DNA of 64,000 bases from an uncultured delta proteobacterium (lineage in GTDB: Bacteria > Desulfobacterota > Binatia > JACPRU01): the NCBI GenBank assembly GCA_963745025.1, contig CAVUWD010000011.1:512001-576000 (forward strand), read 5' to 3'. Numbering within the stretch: the first letter of the stretch is position 1; every line of letters begins with the position of its first letter. Below are positions 58,243 through 64,000 of this stretch, piece by piece. The translations under genes and the position numbers were made by a program. The notes beneath the pieces are model-generated. The model had not been told where the DNA came from. It did not search any database and saw nothing but the letters and a program-made list of their open reading frames with translations.

Positions 58243-59889
58243 ATGCGTGTCTTTCTCGTCCACGTCCGCGACCCTCAGTTCTACGCGCTACCCGCGGCGA
58301 CACGCGCGGCCAACGGCAACATCCGCGTCATGGGCTTTCCCCCGATCGGCATCATGTCGCTTGTCGGCCGTGCTGAAGCGCGCCGGCCACGAATGCGTGA
58401 TGTTCGATCAGGCCAATCCCGAGACGCCGAACGAGGTCATCGTCGAAGAGCTCAAGCGGCAACGACCGGCGGTGGTCGGCCTGAGCTTCCTCTCCACCAC
58501 GAGCTACCCGTACGCGAAGATTCTCGCCCGCCAGATCCGCTCGGCCGATGACAAGGTGAAGCTCGCCTTCGGCGGGGTGTTCGCCACGCTCAACGCGGAG
58601 CTCGTCAAGCTGCAGTGCCCGGAGGTGGACTTCGTCTGCCGCGGCGACGGCGAGCAGCTCATCCTCGATCTCGTGGAGCGACTGGACGACCCGAGCGGTG
58701 TCGCCGGCCTCACCTGGATGAAGGACGGAAAGCCCGTCCACAACTCCAACCGGCCGATGGACCGCGACTCTCGATCAGTGGCCGTTCCCCGATCGCGAGA
58801 GCCTGCCGCTCGACTTCGTCGAGTCGATGCCGCTCGACGTGCCGGCGGTTCTGTCGATGGAACGCTTCACGACCATGCAGACCTCGCGCGGCTGTCCGTG
58901 GCCCTGCGTGTTCTGCGACATCCCGATCTTCAACGAGGGCAAGTGGCGCTCGCGAAGCGCCGAGCACGTGGTCGCCGAGTTCAAGCAGCTTCAGCAAGCA
59001 CGGTTACGGCTCCGTCTATTTCGTCGACGACCACTTCCTGCTGCAGCCGAAGCGCATCGAGGCGATCTGCAGCGGTATCATCGACGACGAGATCACGATC
59101 GAGTGGGGATGCGAGGGACGCGTCGACTCCGTCGCCCAGCATCTCTTCCCCGCGATGGCCAAGGCCCATTGCCGGACGCATCATGTTCGGCATCGAGAGC
59201 GGCAGCCAGAAGATGCTCGATCGGCTGAAGAAGGAGCAGACGCTCGACGAGGTCACGAACGGCGGTCACCAACGCGAAGCAGGCCGGCATCGAGATCGTG
59301 CACGGCTTCTTCGTCGTCGGCAGCCCCGACGAGACGGTCGAGCGACCTGCGAGCCACGTTCGACTTCGCCTCGCAAGCTGCCGCTCGACACCTTCGGCTT
59401 CAACCGTCTCTGCGTCTACCGCGGCACGCCGCTCTGGCAGGAGTACGTGAAGCGCGGCCTGGTCAACGACGAGCCCGATTGGTACAAGTACTTCAAGTGC
59501 TCTGAGATCGATCCCACCTGCCTCCCGGGCGAGGTGATCCACCACGAGCGCAGCGCGGGTCTCAAGCGGCTGTTCCTCTACAAGCTGCTCGCATTACCCG
59601 CTACAGACCGTCGCGGCTGTTGCGCCGGTTCCTGCGCTTCATGCCGCTCCGCGACGTCTTCTATCTGATCGTCAAGCCGTTCCTCGGCGCGAGCAGCGGG
59701 CCGACCAAGAACGAGACGCTCTCACGTGCCGTCGAGCATGGAGCGCTCAAGGACGCGGCCGCCAATCTCACCCGCGTGGCCGACGAGAGTCTCGAGCGCG
59801 TGATGCACGCTTCGAGATCCGAGCGCGAGCGGATTCAGAGAGAGGCTGAGCCTCCAGTCCAAGCGGTGTCCGTGCTGGCCGAGCGCTAA
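58243..59889 (+). CDS. B12-binding radical SAM protein with ~9 frameshifts (probably assembly errors)
   Basis: 'PPIGIMSL', 'FGGVFAT', 'SRGCPWPCVFC', 'FGIESGS' found in successive frames. Confidence 0.8.
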
Positions 59890-60005
59890 CCTCGAAGCGA
59901 AAATACATGGACCCGCAGAGCGTGCCGAGTTCGCACCCGACTTGGCCGCCACGGGCTTCTTCCTAGTCGCCTCTCGCGCCTCCAACGACGGCTCGCCCGC
60001 CATTC
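59890..60005. repeat. Partial second copy of the 46936 MITE-like element
   Basis: 'CCTCGAAGCGAAAATAC..AGAGCGTGCCGAG..GGCCGCCACG..CTTCT', again directly after a TAA stop. Confidence 0.8.
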
Positions 60006-60213
60006 TGCGGCGGCCTCTTCTGGTGGGCTTGGCGAGATTGCTGCCATGACGATCTCGCCCTCCCACCGTCGAAAATTCGACGCTCCCCAGGAAAGAAGTT
60101 GAAATTAATTACCAGGGCGATCGCTAGAATCCCGCAAAGATCAAGGATCGCGCATCTCGAGACTTCGGTACGACTTTTGCAGCGAAGAGCTATAGTCAGC
60201 CAGGGGGAAACGC

Positions 60214-61486
60214 TTGGACCGGGCCACACTTCGCGACACGACCGACCGAGAAGGCCAGACGGTTCTGCTCCTCCGCTGGGTTCTGATCGTTGCCACGGCT
60301 TACCTTCTCCTCTTTCATGACGCTCGTCTCCAGACTTCTCCCGTCATCGGCGCTGTTCCTGGCCGCCTATCTGGGCTCGAACCTCGTCGTCGCCGCCCTG
60401 CTCCGGCGAATCGGTTCGCAAAAGCGGCTCGAGATGGGCATCGCGGTTTTCGACGCCACGGCCCTCTCGGTCGCCCTCTTGCTGACCAAGGACTTCTCCA
60501 CCGACTTCTTCCTCCTCTACTTCGTCGTGATATTCCTCGCCGCGCTCACGGAGCGGCTCGCGTTTCTGGTGGTGATCGCGGTCGTGATCAGTCTCCTCCA
60601 TCTCTATGTGACGATGGGCACGCTCTCGGTCATGGCGTTCTTCTCCAGTGGAGCGCTCCTGCGCGTCGCGTTTCTCTTCGTCGTGGCGCTCTTCTTCGGG
60701 CATCTCGTCGAGCGGGTTCGCTCGGCCGAGCGTGACGCCGAGGAAGCTCGCAAGCACGAGAAGATCGTCACCGATTTCATCGAGGAGGTCGTCAACAGCT
60801 TCAAGACTCCTCTCGGCGCAATCCAGGCGATGGCGGAGATCGTTCTCGAGCCCCAGACCGGATCGCTGACGCTCGAGCAGGCCGAGCTGCTCCGTCGCAT
60901 CGATGCAAACGCCCGTCACGTGACGAGGATCGCCTCGAATCTGCTCGACGCGCGACGTGTTCAAACGAACCGGCTACAGCTCCACCGCGATTCGGCCGAC
61001 CTACTCGACGTCGTGGAGGAGGTCTTGAGCGTGGTCCGCACCGCGAGCGATCTCAAGGGGATCTCGGTGGAGTTCGACTCGGCCCCGGTTTTGCCGCGTG
61101 TCGACGTGGACGTGAATCAGATCGATCGGGTGGTGTGGAACCTCCTCGACAACGCGATCCGCTGCACTCCGGCCGGTGGCGAGATTTCCGTCTCGCTCGG
61201 CTATGCGGATCGCAGGATCGTGCTCAGCGTCTCCGACGACGGTCCCGGCATCGCCGAAGTCGATCTGCCAGCCGTCTTCGACGCCTTCCGCCGTATCAAG
61301 AGCGGTCGATTCACCAGCTCGGGCTTCGGCCTGTTCATCGCCAAGGCGATCGTCGAAGCTCACGGCGGAACGATCGAAGTCGATAGCGAGCTCGGCGGCG
61401 GCGCGACCTTCACGGTCCGTCTGCCGGTCAGCCGGTCGGAACAGGGACAAACCACACGGTCCTCGCTGCAGCAGCCCGTCGGCTGA
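60214..61486 (+). CDS. Membrane sensor histidine-kinase-like protein lacking the H-box His; one frameshift at ~60348
   Basis: TM region; 'VVNSFKTPL' at the H-box; intact N/G1/F/G2 boxes. Confidence 0.8.
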
Positions 61487-61657
61487 GACGCGCCTTCGCC
61501 TTGCAGGCGGCTGGATGGCAGAGCATCGTCGCGCTCTTGCTTCGAAGGAGCCCGGCTGATGGAATCACCTTGATCAATGTCGAGGCAGGCGGAGTGATCC
61601 GTTCGGCGGAGGCCCGGCGTGATGGATGGATGGATGTGCCCCTTCATGAGGTGAGGG

Positions 61658-62500
61658 ATGCCTCACCCACTGAACCTCAGGGGGATCAAGATGCTCGTCG
61701 TCGACGACGAGCGCGCCGTCCGTACGGTTCTACTGAAGACGCTCGGGGAATGGGGAGCGCAGATCGTAGAGGCCGAATCAGGCCCCCGAGGGCTCGTCGA
61801 GCTGACGCGGGCTAGAGAGTCGGGTGATCCATTCCAGCTCATATTTCTCGATTCGACCATGCCCCCGATGGACGGGCTCGAGATCGCCGAGCGGGTCGGA
61901 GCCCACTCCCCGGAGTTCGGGCGGATCATCCTCATGATCGGCCCCGAACATGTCGCGCAGGACCTGCCCCGAGCCCGCAAACTAGGGGTTGGCGCCTACG
62001 TGACGAAGCCACTGACGCGGCCCGCGATCGTCGCTGCGATCGCCGCGACGCTGAACCTCGAAGTCCAACAGCCGCAACCCCCCTCCCAAGAAAAGCCGAA
62101 GCGGTTCCGGATCCTCTTGGCCGAGGACACGTTCGACGTGGGTTGGATCATCCGCACGCTGCTCGAGGGACCGGACTACCAAGTGGACGTCGCCCGCGAT
62201 GGCGGCCTCGCCGCCGATCTCTTTCGGATGGTCGACTACGACCTCGTTCTCATGGACCTGCAGATGCCGAATTTCGACGGATACTGGGCGACTCGGGAGA
62301 TCCGCAACTGGGAGCGCCAGAATCAGCTCAAGCACACCCCGATCATCGCCGTCACGGCGTTCGCGCACGAAGAAGACCCCCGCAAGAGCCTTCAAGCGGG
62401 CCTCGACGGGTACCTGGCCAAGCCGGTCTCCAAGGAAACGCTGCTCAAGGTCATCCGCAAGCACCTGGGCCAGCCGTCACGCACGGGAAAGCAGTCGTAA
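61658..62500 (+). CDS. Tandem REC-REC response regulator, paralog 2
   Basis: REC1 'LIFLDSTMPPMDG'; REC2 near-identical to paralog 1. Confidence 0.9.
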   Translation: MPHPLNLRGIKMLVVDDERAVRTVLLKTLGEWGAQIVEAESGPRGLVELTRARESGDPFQLIFLDSTMPPMDGLEIAERVGAHSPEFGRIILMIGPEHVAQDLPRARKLGVGAYVTKPLTRPAIVAAIAATLNLEVQQPQPPSQEKPKRFRILLAEDTFDVGWIIRTLLEGPDYQVDVARDGGLAADLFRMVDYDLVLMDLQMPNFDGYWATREIRNWERQNQLKHTPIIAVTAFAHEEDPRKSLQAGLDGYLAKPVSKETLLKVIRKHLGQPSRTGKQS

Positions 62501-62616
62501 TCTCCCGCTGTGTTCAGCGGTCCACGCCGCTCCCCTGAAGTGGCGAGCGCTCTTGATTTCGATTCCAAAAGCGGCGCTTGGGATGGGGGCAATCGCGCCG
62601 ATCGGAGGACAGCGAA

Positions 62617-63825
62617 ATGACGAGACCACTCGAAGGAATCAAGGTGATCGAGATCGGTCAGGAAATCCAGGGGCCGTTCGCGGGGCTCTGCCTCGCGGAT
62701 CTCGGCGCCGACGTGATCAAGATCGAGAACAAGGAAGGCGGCGATCTGAGTCGCGCCATCCTCGCCAAGCTGATCGGCGGGGCGGCGGTCCGCAACGGCG
62801 AGCTGTCCCATTATTTCCACGCGATGAATCGCGGCAAGCGAAGCGTCACGGTCGATCTCAAGCACCCGGAAGGTGCGGAGCTGGTGCGCCGGCTGGCGAA
62901 GGTCTGCGACGTGCTGCTCACCAACTACCGCATCGGCGTCCTCGATCGTCTCGGACTCGGATTCGAAGAGCTCAAGAAGGCGAATCCGCGGATCGTGTTC
63001 GCGCAGGGGAGCTCGTGGGGTCCGCGCGGCCCGTGGGTGCAGCGGCCGAGCCGGGACATCCTCGCGCAGGCCGCGAGCGGGATCGTCGCCAAGGGAGGGC
63101 GCAAGTCGGATCCGCCGATGCCGGCGCCGTTCGCGGTCGCCGATCAAAGCGGGGGCCTGAGCCTCGCGGCCGGGATCCTCGCGGCGCTGTTCGCGCGCGA
63201 GCGTAGCGGACAGGCGCAGAAGGTCGACGTCTCGATCTACGGGACCATGATCGCCATGCAGACCTTCGAGATGGGCTACGTGGGCTTCACGGGAGAAGAG
63301 CCGGCGCGCGCCGGGGTCGGTCATCAGTTCCTGCACGGGGTGTGGGGTACGTACCGAACGCGCGACGGGCACGTCTGCTTGGGGACCGTCGACGACAAGC
63401 GCTGGCCCGCGTTTTGCCGCATCCTGGAGATCCAGCATCTCGAGAACGATCCGGACCTCGCCGGCCTCGGGCGTCTCATCCCCGGCGACAAGATGGAGCA
63501 GGTGCTCGTCGAGATCTTCCCCAAGAAGACGTCCCGCGACTGGCTCGCGCAGTTCCACGATGCAGACATCCTCGCCACCGAGGTGGTCGACTACACGAGC
63601 ATCATGGCGAGCGAGCAAGCGCGCGTGAACGGCTACGTCGTCGAGGTCGAGCACGAGGTCGCCGGAAAGATCGTGATGACCGGCGCGCCGATCTCGCTGA
63701 ACGGAGAAGTTCGGGGAGCGGCGCCGCCCGCTCCCGAACTCGGCCAACACACCGAGGAAGTGATGCTCGAGGCCGGCTATTCGTGGGGAGACATCGTGCG
63801 GGTCCGCGATAGCGGCGCCGTGTGA
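62617..63825 (+). CDS. CaiB/BaiF (family III) CoA transferase
   Basis: 'PLEGIKVIE', 'LADLGADVIKIE', 'NRGKRS', 'PELGQHT'. Confidence 0.93.
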   Translation: MTRPLEGIKVIEIGQEIQGPFAGLCLADLGADVIKIENKEGGDLSRAILAKLIGGAAVRNGELSHYFHAMNRGKRSVTVDLKHPEGAELVRRLAKVCDVLLTNYRIGVLDRLGLGFEELKKANPRIVFAQGSSWGPRGPWVQRPSRDILAQAASGIVAKGGRKSDPPMPAPFAVADQSGGLSLAAGILAALFARERSGQAQKVDVSIYGTMIAMQTFEMGYVGFTGEEPARAGVGHQFLHGVWGTYRTRDGHVCLGTVDDKRWPAFCRILEIQHLENDPDLAGLGRLIPGDKMEQVLVEIFPKKTSRDWLAQFHDADILATEVVDYTSIMASEQARVNGYVVEVEHEVAGKIVMTGAPISLNGEVRGAAPPAPELGQHTEEVMLEAGYSWGDIVRVRDSGAV

Positions 63826-64000
63826 GCGGCGCCGCCGAGAGTCGTCGGAGCGACGGAACGCAATCGTTACACGGCCAACGCGCGCGGGAAGCGAGGAGAG
63901 CTGGCGAACCGCGTCCCTGTCTCAGCGGAAGTGCGCATGGTGACGCTCTTCTCGGTTCGCCACCGCGACATCCGGCTTCACTGATCGAACGTGGTCAGGT

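Noticed and set aside
63922-64000. 3' end of a minus-strand gene at the window edge
   Set aside because: Only ~25 codons are visible, with no recognisable motif.

Overview
GC-rich bacterial chromosomal window. Gene content resembles Binatia/deltaproteobacteria-like genomes, but that is inference only. It holds about 50 genes or gene remnants and no rRNA, tRNA, CRISPR array, integrase, transposase or reverse transcriptase that I can see. In order: an MFS transporter; a decayed and an intact AbrB-PIN toxin-antitoxin pair back to back; a broken OsmC-like gene with an in-frame UGA at the conserved Cys position (candidate selenoprotein); a ~1575-aa secreted kelch/Cys-rich-repeat/PxKF protein; acyl-CoA dehydrogenase and P450; a lower-GC sigma54-driven two-gene island for secreted proteins, bracketed by a duplicated GST segment; lipid genes; an ECF sigma/anti-sigma/Spy-CpxP operon; a ~15-kb beta-1,2-glucan (OPG) locus (opgGH, GH1, GH144/GH189-like enzyme, ABC importer, discoidin-glycosidase); assorted oxidoreductases; an adenylate cyclase-TPR protein; an FhlA-like activator module; a vWA-PspA-membrane operon with only a regulator remnant; a HelD-like helicase; a His-less sensor kinase with two REC-REC paralogs; a B12 radical SAM gene; and a CoA transferase. 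Intergenic DNA carries several dispersed palindrome families, including hairpins with a conserved TACT/AGTA loop. Several +1 frameshifts look like assembly consensus errors. All calls are by eye; no searches were run.
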